Shown here: in pieces, positions 37,930 through 48,370 of the stretch | How positions within the stretch are numbered: position 1 is the stretch's first letter | Layout of the letters: each line of letters begins with the position of its first letter | IMG/VR virus record: IMGVR_UViG_3300009182_005502 | Span: 1-54,686 of that record | Length of the DNA: 54,686 nt | From: a virus | Taxonomy: Duplodnaviria > Caudoviricetes | Reading direction: 5' to 3' (one strand) | The notes under the pieces: generated by a model | What the model saw: only the letters and a program-made list of their open reading frames with translations | What the model was told of the DNA's origin: nothing | Database searches by the model: none | Translations under genes and position numbers: made by a program

Positions 37930-37957
37930 AATCTTTGATACAATTAACGTTTGTTAA

Positions 37958-38188
37958 TTAACGACGAACTCCCTTTACACGGCTAAAACGGCCCATGGTA
38001 TCACGGACGTTATAGAAACGCTCACGAAGGAGAGCGGTGTTGGAGCGATCAACAAAACCAATGAACTCGTACTTGGTGTTATCGATGTAGTTAGCAACAA
38101 TAGACTCCTTGAGGTTACGAGGAGCAGTTGCAGGGATGTCGAAATTAGCGATCTCGCTAATTGTGCGTGTTGTGATGTTGGTATTCAT
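37958..38188 (-). CDS. Hypothetical small protein, probably highly expressed
   Basis: Codon usage richer in C-ending and CGT codons; own promoter-like region and terminator. Confidence 0.75.
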   Translation of the reverse strand: MNTNITTRTISEIANFDIPATAPRNLKESIVANYIDNTKYEFIGFVDRSNTALLRERFYNVRDTMGRFSRVKGVRR

Positions 38189-38233
38189 ATCGCTTTTAAT
38201 ATTACTATAATAGAATATGATTGCAACTAGTTT

Positions 38234-39385
38234 TTAACGGAAACCCATCCTTTTTTCTTCAACTAGGTCTTTTGAATTTAATATTTCAGTAGAATTTAAG
38301 TTATAGATATCGGCTATAGTCATAGGTTCTTCAACCTCGTGTCCAGGTTTAATTTTATCGACAATCTTTTGAGCTGTCTCTACTTTTAGCTTATCAAACC
38401 TATATTCTCCCTTGAGTCTACCTCTACGAAGAAGTGCTTTATCAACGGATTGACGAGAGGAGTTGTAGGTAGCGATAACAGCAATGTTAAACACGTTCGC
38501 CATAATACCATCAGTAATATTTAAAATGGTAGAAACTACAGAAGAGGAATCACCAGGCTCTCTTGCAAGTAGTGCTTTCTCTGCATCTTCAATAATCAGT
38601 ATTGATTGTTTTTTATGAAGTAAAGCAGGTAAAAAAGACGGATCGGCAATAAAATCAACAAAACTTGTCGGTACATAGATCATATCTCTCTTCAGTAAAG
38701 ACGATAGATACTTTATATATGTTGTTTTACCAGTACCGGGATCTCCGTGAAAAAGATATAAACCAGACTCATTCTTATTAAGACTTTCAATTAACTGATT
38801 GTGAACTTTTTCAAATTCTGGCTCATAACATTCTTTTATGTCATAATTTTCAGGTATTGATACTTCAAAAGGATCAAAGCGAATACCGCCGTGTTCATCC
38901 TTTATAATAGTAAAAATAACATTTTTAACTTCTTCTTTAATAAAGAACTTTTCAAAATCTTCTATATAAGAAGGCTCTCCAGGCTTATAAGATATACAAA
39001 TACTATAATGACTTTCTTCTTTTTTAACTCTACGAGACGAAACCGTTCTTAAATGAATAATAGTTTCTCTATATGCAAAAACTTTTGTTTCTGTAGTTTC
39101 AGACTCATCCCAGTAATTACCTGTATCGTATACGGCACTTGCTGCAGAATTAACCGAAGGCATATGAGTATGTTCAAATATTAACTCTCCGTTTTTAGCA
39201 AGAAAAGGAACTATATCTTTTGATACCTCTCTATCTGTATCAAAGGTACAGGGAGCTGTTCCATATTTATTAGTAAAATAAACTCCTACCGGGAAGTGAT
39301 TTTGACTTTGAGATGCTTCGTAGTACTTAGCCCCTACAGGTAGAACATGAGGCTTATAACTTGTTTTTTTATTTGAGCGTGACAT
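38234..39385 (-). CDS. AAA+ ATPase
   Basis: HGDPGTGKT, IIEDAE, LNITDG, DKALLRRGR. Confidence 0.9.
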   Translation of the reverse strand: MSRSNKKTSYKPHVLPVGAKYYEASQSQNHFPVGVYFTNKYGTAPCTFDTDREVSKDIVPFLAKNGELIFEHTHMPSVNSAASAVYDTGNYWDESETTETKVFAYRETIIHLRTVSSRRVKKEESHYSICISYKPGEPSYIEDFEKFFIKEEVKNVIFTIIKDEHGGIRFDPFEVSIPENYDIKECYEPEFEKVHNQLIESLNKNESGLYLFHGDPGTGKTTYIKYLSSLLKRDMIYVPTSFVDFIADPSFLPALLHKKQSILIIEDAEKALLAREPGDSSSVVSTILNITDGIMANVFNIAVIATYNSSRQSVDKALLRRGRLKGEYRFDKLKVETAQKIVDKIKPGHEVEEPMTIADIYNLNSTEILNSKDLVEEKRMGFR

Positions 39386-40310
39386 GATTTACATATTTTA
39401 AGCTAGAAAGCGTTGTACCGCCAGCATAACTAATGGAGCTTTGCAAAGCTTGTTTAATTTCTTTTAATTTTTCTTCTAATGTCATACTCTGCTCAAGTTC
39501 TAAAAGAGTACCTTCTACGTGTTTATTTTCTTTCTTAGCAGCAAAACTAGCTGAACCATAATAAACTTTTCTACCGTTAACCGTAGGAGCTGGAGAATCA
39601 CTGCAAGAAGCAAATAAAGCACCAGACATTACCATATGAGCTCCAGCTACTAAAGCCTTAGCAATATCCCCGTAATACTTTACTCCTCCATCTGCTATAA
39701 GGGGGACCCTAGCAGTTTCCGTACACCATCTTACTGCTGTAAACATAGGAGTATGAAAACCGGTTTGAAGTCTTGTTGTACAAGCTCTTCCAGGACCTAT
39801 GCCAACTTTTATAGCGTTAGCGCCCCAATTCTGTAAATCCTTTACAGCATCAGGTGTTGTAATGTTTCCAGCGATAATAAAAACTTCTGGTAAAAGCTCT
39901 CGAATAAAGGATATCATTTCTTTTATTTTAGAATGATGACCGTGGGCAATATCAATTGTAATGTAATCAACTTTTAAATCTTTTTCTTGTATTTCTTTTA
40001 ATTCATTATAACTATCTTCGTTAACACCAACAGAGATACTAATTGTATTCCAATTTTCATCATTTGCCCTTTGTACAAAAGGAACTGTTACACTATTAAA
40101 ACGATGCATAACATAAAAAAAATTGTTTTCTGACATCCATTGAGCCCATTTGCTATCAATAACCGTTTCCATATTTGAAGGCATAATAGGTAGTTTAAAA
40201 TTGCGGTAACCTAAGGTAACCGTTGTATCTGCCTGAGAACGAGATTCTAATTCAGAATAATTTGGAATTAAATAAACATCGTCGTAATTTAATGCTGGTT
40301 TTTCGTACAT
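39369..40310 (-). CDS. guaC: GMP reductase
   Basis: YDDVYLIP, SNM, YITIDIAHGH, KVGIGPGRACTT, IADGG, YYGSAS, LQSSISYAG; no CBS domains. Confidence 0.88.
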   Translation of the reverse strand: MYEKPALNYDDVYLIPNYSELESRSQADTTVTLGYRNFKLPIMPSNMETVIDSKWAQWMSENNFFYVMHRFNSVTVPFVQRANDENWNTISISVGVNEDSYNELKEIQEKDLKVDYITIDIAHGHHSKIKEMISFIRELLPEVFIIAGNITTPDAVKDLQNWGANAIKVGIGPGRACTTRLQTGFHTPMFTAVRWCTETARVPLIADGGVKYYGDIAKALVAGAHMVMSGALFASCSDSPAPTVNGRKVYYGSASFAAKKENKHVEGTLLELEQSMTLEEKLKEIKQALQSSISYAGGTTLSSLKYVNHVTLK

Positions 40311-40328
40311 AATATTTTATTATTACAT

Positions 40329-40523
40329 ATGATGTTAAAGTATATTTGTATTATATCAACTTTCTTTATCACCAGTTGTCTTTCTATTCGAGAAAACGAA
40401 CAACATATAAAATATCTTGGCTATAAAAATTTTGAATTGAAGGGTATTGTCAATACTGATGACCTGAAAACAATACCGCAAAAACCACCCGGTTTAGATA
40501 ATGCTGCAGTGTTTTGGTTTTAA
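40329..40523 (+). CDS. Putative lipoprotein
   Basis: Short signal peptide ending FITS-C. Confidence 0.5.
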   Translation: MMLKYICIISTFFITSCLSIRENEQHIKYLGYKNFELKGIVNTDDLKTIPQKPPGLDNAAVFWF

Positions 40524-40744
40524 TCTCTTTCTTTTACGTTTGTAAGTAAAAACAAACCATCAACTATATTACCCTGTACCCGTAAAACCCCTCGGTACTT
40601 TTTACTATCCCAACTCCAGAGAACCATATCACCATCTTCGTATCCCTGAGTGTTTACAGTACCTGTCTCGTAATTTTCAAAGTCAGCATAAAAAACATCA
40701 CTATCATCTGACTCTTTATAGATAAAACTTGTTATATCATTCAT
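40520..40744 (-). CDS. Hypothetical protein
   Basis: ATG directly after the stop of 40745..40924. Confidence 0.65.
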   Translation of the reverse strand: MNDITSFIYKESDDSDVFYADFENYETGTVNTQGYEDGDMVLWSWDSKKYRGVLRVQGNIVDGLFLLTNVKERD

Positions 40745-40924
40745 TTAGTTAACACCCGATAAAATATCATTTAACTCTTTCTTTATTTCTTTTTTTGTCT
40801 TTAATCTATACTTTTTACCTTCTTTTAAAACTACACCTTCTTCTATCAAATATTTTAGAGAAAGCTGAATAGCTTCTTTTAATTCTTTTTTAGAAAAAAT
40901 ATTATCGGCTTCATTGTTACTCAT
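40745..40924 (-). CDS. 59-aa protein missing from the ORF track (winged-helix-like fragment)
   Basis: MSNNEADNIFSKKELKEAIQLSLKYLIEEGVVLKEGKKYRLKT...; fills the gap and abuts the next ATG. Confidence 0.65.
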   Translation of the reverse strand: MSNNEADNIFSKKELKEAIQLSLKYLIEEGVVLKEGKKYRLKTKKEIKKELNDILSGVN

Positions 40925-41005
40925 CGCTTTTGATAATATATTAACATATATATTTTACAAGTGTTTTTATAAAAAATATTTTAGTTGATATATTATTTAT
41001 GTTTA

Positions 41006-41013
41006 TCTAAATA
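41006..41013 (+). promoter_or_regulatory. T4-type late promoter TCTAAATA
   Basis: TAAATA core 7 nt before ATG 41021. Confidence 0.5.
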
Positions 41014-41020
41014 ATTTACT

Positions 41021-41209
41021 ATGCCAAACACATCTACAACATTAACAGAACTCGTTAACAGCTTTGCCACTGAGGCAGAAAAGTTTTATAACGGCAATAA
41101 TGCAGCAGGAGCTCGTGCTCGCAAGGCTCTTCAGGAAATTATCAAGTACGGTAGAGAAGAGCGTAAGCGCATTCAGGAAGAAAAGAATTCCCGTAAGACC
41201 GCTAAGTAA
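41021..41209 (+). CDS. Histone H1-like (Hc1-type) small DNA-binding protein
   Basis: EKF..GNNAAGARARKALQEI..RK motif. Confidence 0.75.
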   Translation: MPNTSTTLTELVNSFATEAEKFYNGNNAAGARARKALQEIIKYGREERKRIQEEKNSRKTAK

Positions 41210-41217
41210 TAGCGTTT

Positions 41218-41370
41218 TTACTTTATCCTATCTTTGCAGTTCCTTAGTAGAAAGCTACTAGGGTGATGCCTCTTCTTAGGGCAATGGCACTTATTCACAT
41301 GAACAGGGCAACTAGGTTTTGTATTTACAATTTTATTGTATGCTATAAAGATGGAACGTAAAATGGACAT
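41218..41370 (-). CDS. 50-aa basic Cys/His-rich ORF missing from the ORF track
   Basis: MSILRSIFIAYNKIVNTKPSCPVHVNKCHCPKKRHHPSSFLLRNCKDRIK; AATAAATA at 41407-41400 upstream. Confidence 0.4.
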   Translation of the reverse strand: MSILRSIFIAYNKIVNTKPSCPVHVNKCHCPKKRHHPSSFLLRNCKDRIK

Positions 41371-41436
41371 CGAGGTTATAGCAATATGGGTTCGAGTTAT
41401 ATTTATTCTATAACCTAATTTTGCTTTGATATATTG

Positions 41437-43110
41437 CTAACTTTCTTTACGTTCTTCAGATTTGTAATGCTCGAATCTATTGTGACTAGTAGGAGTAGCT
41501 AATAAAATACCGCTTGTTATTTCCTTGCTTATAGTTTTTTGATATATGTAAGACATCCAGGTTTGCTCAAAAGGATGAGCCCAGGTAGTTTCAAGAAACA
41601 TTTTTCTATTACCAATTTTAGTTACAACTTGCGGCCAGTTGCAATAATAAACTTCTCCTAAAGCGTAAGGAATTCTTTCATAGCTTTTAATCTCTTTAAA
41701 AAGAGTCTTCGGTGCATTAGGATCAAGTCCAAGCTCAGGCAATCTCTTATTATTTGGCCATTGAGCCTCTCTAATAACTTGCGGTACGTTATACCAGGCC
41801 CATTGAGTACTATTATCCCCGTAAAACTCAGTAAAGTTTAACTTGATAAAATCGAGTTTTTCCTGTTTTACAATTTTTAAAGTATTTGTATATAAATCAG
41901 CTATTTTTCTTATAAATCCGTTAGAGCAGGTCTTATCTTGCCCTGTATAAAAAAACATATCATCTTCAAAAAATAACATAAAATCAAGACCTGTTTTATC
42001 AAAATGTTCTGCTATAAATTGTCTACCTCCACAAATACCTAAATTATCTTTCTTTATATGTTCAAAATTGTACTGTTTACATAAAGAACTATACTTTTCA
42101 AAAGTTGTTTCATCACTTGAATTATCTAATAAAAACTTTTGTGTTTTACTAATATAGTTAGTATCATACGCTAACATTGATTCTATTAATGTTTCAAACT
42201 GTTTAGGGCTATTATATGTTATAACATAAAGACCTACCTTATTAATATCAAAACCTTCTATGATTGTGTCTTGTACAAATTCTATTTTTAAATTGTCGTT
42301 TTTTAAGTTTTCAAAAAATGTACCTATTAACCCGTTAGATTCGATTTCAAAATAATTAATAATACTAGAAAATTTATAACACATTATACTAAAAAGAGAT
42401 TCTTCAGTACCCATAAGGGAATTACCTAATGTTGTTGTTAACAGATCGTAATATATAGAATTTATATCTTGTATAGTATTTTTTGGACCTCCAAAAAAGC
42501 CTCCTCTAGCCACTCTTTCTATTTTTGTACCCGCTATTTCATTTATTTTTTCGTAATTAAAACCGTGTATCTCGTTGTTTGCTTCGTACGGGAAACAAAT
42601 AAAAGAAAACTTTTTTATATATTTTTCTATTTTTTCTAAAACATTATCGTGAGTAAAATAGCCAGGATGTACTGTATTCGTTATACCTGCATCTAACCAA
42701 AACATATATTCAGAATTAAATGCATCCATTAATCTAGCATCATTTAGAAGAAACATTTTAGACATAACTAGAGGGTTATACATCTCAAGTCTTGCTTGAG
42801 TAGAATCAACTAACCACCCTGCCTGCTCTACCCAACTAGAAGTATTTCTTATATCTTGTATTTTTTGATAGTAATCATTATTCTTAAACCACTCTAAATT
42901 TCTATTAATAAATTGAGTATTATGAAGTTGTCTTCTTTCAAAAACAAACTTTTCAAGCTCAGCATCACCGAAAATAATTAAATTAACATCTATTTTTAAA
43001 AGTTCTTCAAACTTATTTAAATAATGCTGATACGATCTTGACCAACCTTCTTGCAAAGTGTCTCTACCTATATTCCAAAGACCTGTTACAATTGTTATTT
43101 TATTACTCAT
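41437..43110 (-). CDS. HtrL/YibB-like glycosyltransferase fused to a GT2-like domain
   Basis: TIVTGLW, FWLDAG, GGFFGG, GTEE; second domain YVITYN, FFEDD. Confidence 0.75.
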   Translation of the reverse strand: MSNKITIVTGLWNIGRDTLQEGWSRSYQHYLNKFEELLKIDVNLIIFGDAELEKFVFERRQLHNTQFINRNLEWFKNNDYYQKIQDIRNTSSWVEQAGWLVDSTQARLEMYNPLVMSKMFLLNDARLMDAFNSEYMFWLDAGITNTVHPGYFTHDNVLEKIEKYIKKFSFICFPYEANNEIHGFNYEKINEIAGTKIERVARGGFFGGPKNTIQDINSIYYDLLTTTLGNSLMGTEESLFSIMCYKFSSIINYFEIESNGLIGTFFENLKNDNLKIEFVQDTIIEGFDINKVGLYVITYNSPKQFETLIESMLAYDTNYISKTQKFLLDNSSDETTFEKYSSLCKQYNFEHIKKDNLGICGGRQFIAEHFDKTGLDFMLFFEDDMFFYTGQDKTCSNGFIRKIADLYTNTLKIVKQEKLDFIKLNFTEFYGDNSTQWAWYNVPQVIREAQWPNNKRLPELGLDPNAPKTLFKEIKSYERIPYALGEVYYCNWPQVVTKIGNRKMFLETTWAHPFEQTWMSYIYQKTISKEITSGILLATPTSHNRFEHYKSEERKES

Positions 43111-43990
43111 ATATACCGTTTAATTCCTCTAATATTTTATAAAAACTTTTATTGTTTTTTGTATGTTCAATAATATCCAAACCAGGCACTCGTTCATCTT
43201 CATGCCACCAAGTATCAAAGTGTAATAACTTAAATTTTTCTTCATGGTTTCTAAACATAAGTGTCATTATATCTTCTTCATGATAAATTCTTTTATCAAG
43301 GTCGCATACAATATAAACATACTCTTTAAATTTTTCGACAATAAAGGTCCACAAATTTGTTTTACCGCCAAACATACCCCCTATAATATGAATACTACTA
43401 TCATATTTGTTAAATAATTCCGGATTAACAGTACCTGACCAATAGTTTCTTACATTATCTTTTCCTATTAAAACAAACTTATCTTCAGAAAACGTTATTA
43501 AGTTATCTAACATTGTATTATTAAACATCGTGCTGTCATAATATTGACTGTTATGTTTTCCAGTTGTAGCTAAATATTTACTAGGTATTAAACCGCAATG
43601 AGATAACCCAGCATCTATCCAATAACAATAGTCATAATTTTGAAGCTCTTGTAAGCACCAAATAAATTTCATATATTGTATTTCTGTACATCTATCAGAT
43701 AATTTAGACTCTTCATAATTTTTATATGTTTTAAAAACATTAAAAAAATAATGATCTGCTAGATTAAACATCTTTATTGCTAATCTATTTCTATTAATTT
43801 CGTACTCTTTATAAAAAAAATTACATAAATCTTCATACTCTTCCTCACTTGTATAACAAACAAAATCCGCATTTGTCATTCTAAGTAAGGATATTAAACT
43901 AAATTTATAATGACCTCCACGGCTAGATCTACCACCGAATATCGTTCCGGCTAAATTACTATAAATTGCTGTTACAAATTTTGTTTTCAT
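43103..43990 (-). CDS. HtrL/YibB-like glycosyltransferase
   Basis: FVTAIY, YWIDAG, GGMFGG, HEE; start moved to ATG 43990. Confidence 0.7.
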   Translation of the reverse strand: MKTKFVTAIYSNLAGTIFGGRSSRGGHYKFSLISLLRMTNADFVCYTSEEEYEDLCNFFYKEYEINRNRLAIKMFNLADHYFFNVFKTYKNYEESKLSDRCTEIQYMKFIWCLQELQNYDYCYWIDAGLSHCGLIPSKYLATTGKHNSQYYDSTMFNNTMLDNLITFSEDKFVLIGKDNVRNYWSGTVNPELFNKYDSSIHIIGGMFGGKTNLWTFIVEKFKEYVYIVCDLDKRIYHEEDIMTLMFRNHEEKFKLLHFDTWWHEDERVPGLDIIEHTKNNKSFYKILEELNGIYE

Positions 43991-44709
43991 TTTTCTACAA
44001 ATCTTTTTGCATAATTTTCGTTTCCCCAATCAGAAAAATGTGGAAGATGAAAAGGTGCAAAATTTCTAACAGGTTTAAAGGTATGTTCTATATTAGAAGC
44101 CCAAATTCTACCAAACATATCTCCATCTTCTCCTCCCCAGCCTTCATACTTTTCATCAAATCCTCCTAATTTTAAAAGTAAGTCAGTATCACAAATATAT
44201 ACCCCTCCTAAACCTCCAGAATGATGATGCAAAGGACCATTCTTTTTATCTCCTGCATAAGCATATGACCACTCTATATTGTTTATATCAAAATTATCTT
44301 CATCAATAGTTTTACTAATATCACTTTCTAATTTAGCCAAATCAAATGTACAAACATCTCCTTTATTTAAATTTGTAATTAAACTTAAGAGATTATTATA
44401 GTCGTTTTTATAAAAAAAAGCATCACAGTCAATCATCATAAAAAAATCATAAACTTTTTGATCTTTTAAAATAATATTTGTTTTTTCCGCTTTTTTATAA
44501 ACACCTAAAGGGTAAGCTACATGTTTTGAATCAGGTATTATTTTTTTAACAGAAAAATCGTACAAAGTGGTATTAATTTTAACATTTTGATTTGTTAAAA
44601 ACAAAGATAATTTTTTTAATTCTTTCCACGTAAAATTTACATTCCTAACTCGAGTAGAATCACGCTGCCCATCATCCCAAAATTTCATATTTAGAGATAT
44701 AGTCGTCAT
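43987..44709 (-). CDS. GT-A glycosyltransferase with GT7 C-terminal motif
   Basis: IDCD and GGFDEKYEGWGGED, FHLPH. Confidence 0.8.
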   Translation of the reverse strand: MTTISLNMKFWDDGQRDSTRVRNVNFTWKELKKLSLFLTNQNVKINTTLYDFSVKKIIPDSKHVAYPLGVYKKAEKTNIILKDQKVYDFFMMIDCDAFFYKNDYNNLLSLITNLNKGDVCTFDLAKLESDISKTIDEDNFDINNIEWSYAYAGDKKNGPLHHHSGGLGGVYICDTDLLLKLGGFDEKYEGWGGEDGDMFGRIWASNIEHTFKPVRNFAPFHLPHFSDWGNENYAKRFVEK

Positions 44710-45642
44710 TTATTCAATAAGTTCCTTTATTTTTTCCCAAACATTGTATTTTGCATTTTTAAAAAAATCATTTTTAAGATTTATAATGTTTTTATAATAC
44801 GTATAATAGTAGTCCTCCCAATTAGAAACAACATCATAAATTTTATCAGTCATTTGTTTCATATCAAGTCCGTATAAATTTATGTAAGAATCCGGGGAAA
44901 TCAATTTATCAATGTTGGAGCAACCTAGATAAATCGGTATTGTTTCTGTTATTACAGCATCCCAAAATTTTTCACTTATATAATTTTTTTGTATAGTGTT
45001 CTCACAGCAAATTGAAAATCTATAATCATCTAAACCTATATGTTTATTCCAAATTTCCCCCTTAATATTTTTATTATTTTTTTCCCAAAAATTACCATAT
45101 ATATCAATTTCAGTATTTTTAGCTAAATCAATACCTAGAAATGTTCTTGTATTATAAATTATTTCTGAAGTTTCTGGATTTGATAAATGACCGTAATGCA
45201 TATTTGCATCTTTTTTAACAATCATAGATATTAATTTTGTTTTTGTATAAGACTTATCTTTTATTTTTAAAGACCAGTCCCACTCTTCTCTATGATCATT
45301 TTCACCTCGACCTGCATAAAACATAGGTATTAACGTTTCAATATATTCATCTCTATCAGGATAATTTCTTTTATCCGATATTAAAATTTTAGAACAGTAA
45401 TGATGAATATCGTTTCGTGGTTGATTAGGAGACCATAAAGGTTCTTGAGAAATATAAAACGTTTTTTCTTTTACAGTTTCAATTTTTTCCCAATCTGTTT
45501 TACCAAAAACTATAGTAAAATCAGGTTTTTCGGTAACAAACTGATATTTTTCTATATCAATATTATTTACAAACTGTCTAATTAGGCGCAAATTAATAAA
45601 TTCGGTATTACACCACCAACACTCTAATTTTATTTTAATCAT
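44710..45642 (-). CDS. Glycosyltransferase family 10-like
   Basis: QEP, YRFSICCEN..NYISEKFWDA..PIYLG. Confidence 0.8.
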   Translation of the reverse strand: MIKIKLECWWCNTEFINLRLIRQFVNNIDIEKYQFVTEKPDFTIVFGKTDWEKIETVKEKTFYISQEPLWSPNQPRNDIHHYCSKILISDKRNYPDRDEYIETLIPMFYAGRGENDHREEWDWSLKIKDKSYTKTKLISMIVKKDANMHYGHLSNPETSEIIYNTRTFLGIDLAKNTEIDIYGNFWEKNNKNIKGEIWNKHIGLDDYRFSICCENTIQKNYISEKFWDAVITETIPIYLGCSNIDKLISPDSYINLYGLDMKQMTDKIYDVVSNWEDYYYTYYKNIINLKNDFFKNAKYNVWEKIKELIE

Positions 45643-45644
45643 AA

Positions 45645-46241
45645 TTATGTAATTTCTAATGACAACGCATTATATGTTACATATTTATCAATAAAGTATT
45701 TATAGTTGTACTTACACACTGTTTTTTTCAAATCATCAGCCATACGACCATCAGCACTTCTCGTATTTATATATGTAATTACATTATTTTTTAAAACTTT
45801 ATATTTTATTAAAAAAGAACCAATATCACAATTTCCATTTGATAATTTATTTTCTGTTCCGTATAAACGTATTATATTTGTTAATCCCTTTTTTTGAGAG
45901 AATAAAATAAAATCAGTATCATTTTGTTTTTCTTCATTATAAACTTCTACTAAATCCGGAGTAACGATATTATCATCATCTAAAAAATAGCACCAATCCT
46001 CATCATCCGCTTTTATATCTGTTATAAAGTAATTTCTTTGTTCATGTCCCCATGCAAATTGTGTTTCAATTTTATAATATTTTATTCTTTTATCATCAAA
46101 TAAAAACGATATATTCGTATCCCCTATTTTTTTACTACCTTCAATTAAATGCCATTGAAAATCCTCTAATTGATGCTTTATTGTCGAATAAACAATAGGA
46201 ATGTTATTATACCTATATAACGGTGTTATAAAATGAATCAT
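45645..46241 (-). CDS. GT-A glycosyltransferase
   Basis: FITPLYR, QRN, YFLDDDN, ADG. Confidence 0.7.
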   Translation of the reverse strand: MIHFITPLYRYNNIPIVYSTIKHQLEDFQWHLIEGSKKIGDTNISFLFDDKRIKYYKIETQFAWGHEQRNYFITDIKADDEDWCYFLDDDNIVTPDLVEVYNEEKQNDTDFILFSQKKGLTNIIRLYGTENKLSNGNCDIGSFLIKYKVLKNNVITYINTRSADGRMADDLKKTVCKYNYKYFIDKYVTYNALSLEIT

Positions 46242-46987
46242 AGTAAATGTTTATTTGTATGAAAAAACCTTTCATAAGGGTATAGTTGTATGTCTTCCAT
46301 AACTTTAATACATTTTATACCTTCTGGAAAGAAGTAAATATCACCATCACATTTATATTTTTGTTTAAACATATAATTTCTATTAAACAAAGAATACTTT
46401 CCAATACCCGGTTTAACATACTGATGTCTTATGTCTGAAACTATATTTTCAACACCACTAACATTTAACCGGTAGATATCTTTACCCTTATCGCTCTTTA
46501 AACGGTGCATTATATCACCGTCCTCTTCTCCAAAACCGATTAACCTTTCATCAAAATAGCCCAAACTATCTATAAAATTACGATTTGCAATAAAAAATGA
46601 AAAAGTATCATTTATTTTTGTTAAACCGAAATATTCTTGCGCTTCAACATGAGCTGATGTTACCTCAAATATATTATTACTAGTAATTGATATATCATCA
46701 TTCAATATTAACATATCATTTTTAGATGAATGCACCAATAGGGTATTCCACATCTTTGATAAACCTCTTGTTTCGATAAAAAAAATAGGATAAACATTCT
46801 TATTATTACTACAAAGATTTAATATTTTTTTTCTATATTCTTCATCAAATAATCCATCCTTTTCTCCGTTAATACATAAAACTATATTATTTTCAATGTT
46901 TAAGTTCCGTATTTGTTTTATTAAAGACTCAATAAAATTAAATCTTAACGAAAACGTTGTTATACCTATATCAAAATTATTTTTCAT
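46238..46987 (-). CDS. Glycosyltransferase family 2
   Basis: GLSKMWN, ILNDD, GYFDER..GEEDGD. Confidence 0.8.
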   Translation of the reverse strand: MKNNFDIGITTFSLRFNFIESLIKQIRNLNIENNIVLCINGEKDGLFDEEYRKKILNLCSNNKNVYPIFFIETRGLSKMWNTLLVHSSKNDMLILNDDISITSNNIFEVTSAHVEAQEYFGLTKINDTFSFFIANRNFIDSLGYFDERLIGFGEEDGDIMHRLKSDKGKDIYRLNVSGVENIVSDIRHQYVKPGIGKYSLFNRNYMFKQKYKCDGDIYFFPEGIKCIKVMEDIQLYPYERFFHTNKHLL

Positions 46988-47513
46988 ATATCAAAAGTTT
47001 TTCATTACAATATAATAAAAACGGTATATTTTTTTCCTTAAACCATTGTTTTGTTTGAAAACAATCAAACGCGTGTAAATCTTCAATAATATAATATCCC
47101 CCTTTTTTAAGATACGGACAGAGTGTTACAAAACTGGTTACGTGATGGGAATGTATATGAGCTCCGTCGTCTATAATAACATCATACTCCCCTCCATATT
47201 CATTTATACATTCATTTAAACTATCTACATTACTTTGATCTCCAACAAATATTTTTATATTATCTGTTTCTAAAATTTTAGCTTCAGGGTTTATATCTAA
47301 ACCTATTAAAGTTAAATCATTAAAATATGTAGTCCAAAGTTTTACAGAAGCTCCAGGAAATCTAGGATCATATACCCCGATTTCAAGCATTTTTATTTTT
47401 TGTTTTTTATATTTTTCAAAAAAAAACTCGTACACATTTGCATATGAATGTTGTTCAAAATGTTTATCTCCTTTATCTGTTCCTACGTTATTAGCTAGGT
47501 CATTAAGATTCAT
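46977..47513 (-). CDS. Sugar O-methyltransferase (MycE/TylE-like class I SAM methyltransferase)
   Basis: GTDKG..HSY, LEIGV, GDQS, IIDDGAH, YIIED. Confidence 0.85.
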   Translation of the reverse strand: MNLNDLANNVGTDKGDKHFEQHSYANVYEFFFEKYKKQKIKMLEIGVYDPRFPGASVKLWTTYFNDLTLIGLDINPEAKILETDNIKIFVGDQSNVDSLNECINEYGGEYDVIIDDGAHIHSHHVTSFVTLCPYLKKGGYYIIEDLHAFDCFQTKQWFKEKNIPFLLYCNEKLLIYEK

Positions 47514-48369
47514 CGATGGTATTTAATACATTTAATGATAGTTGTCTTTTAAAATTAATGTACCAATCAATTACCCTGTTTTGTAACACATTATAATCAA
47601 AATCATTAATACTACTATATTTAGAAACTTCATTCCAAGACTCAACAACCGGTAGAGGCGTATCTCCCCAAACTTTCTTTATGTAATCTAGCTGATTATA
47701 ATTTTTTAAAATAGGTATAGCACCCCACTCTAAACACTCCATTAATCTAAAAGAATCAGGATGACACCACCCCATAGGGCATGGTACAAATTTAGTCTTT
47801 CTATATATGTCAATACATTCTTGTTGAGAAAGTGAAGTAGAACAATTCCAGTTAGAAGTTTTATGTATAAAAACATTATTCATCTTTTCAAGTTGTTCTA
47901 TCAAATCGTTTCTATCAGATTTAGGTTGACCTATAAAAGATGCATTATATGTTTTTGTTTTTGACTCACTATAGTCATTAGCTTTATTAATAAACCCACT
48001 CTTAACCCCTAGGGGTACAAATGTTACATTAGTATTAACAATATTAGAGTCATAATAATTTCTAAAAACGTGTTTAGCTTTAGAATAATAATTACAATTA
48101 TGATTTAAATCTTCGTTAGAAAAATGTAAAAGGTAAAATGTATAGTTGTTTTTAACAAACTTATCTAGATAGCTGTTAAATTCATCAGAAATACCTCCTG
48201 AGTTATTAGAGTAAATAATTACCGAATTATCTAATACGGTATTGTAAGTGTTATTATCAAAAATTTTATTTTGTTTAAAATTTTTAAACAAAACTTCTGT
48301 AGTATACTCGTATTCAAAATTAGTTTGATCCCCGTCACATGTTTGCCATATAAGATTCAAGTCTGACAT
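47503..48369 (-). CDS. Exostosin/GT47-like glycosyltransferase
   Basis: FRNY, PLG, SFIG, FVPCPMG..DSFRLMECLE.GAIP. Confidence 0.75.
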   Translation of the reverse strand: MSDLNLIWQTCDGDQTNFEYEYTTEVLFKNFKQNKIFDNNTYNTVLDNSVIIYSNNSGGISDEFNSYLDKFVKNNYTFYLLHFSNEDLNHNCNYYSKAKHVFRNYYDSNIVNTNVTFVPLGVKSGFINKANDYSESKTKTYNASFIGQPKSDRNDLIEQLEKMNNVFIHKTSNWNCSTSLSQQECIDIYRKTKFVPCPMGWCHPDSFRLMECLEWGAIPILKNYNQLDYIKKVWGDTPLPVVESWNEVSKYSSINDFDYNVLQNRVIDWYINFKRQLSLNVLNTIDES

Positions 48370-48370
48370 G

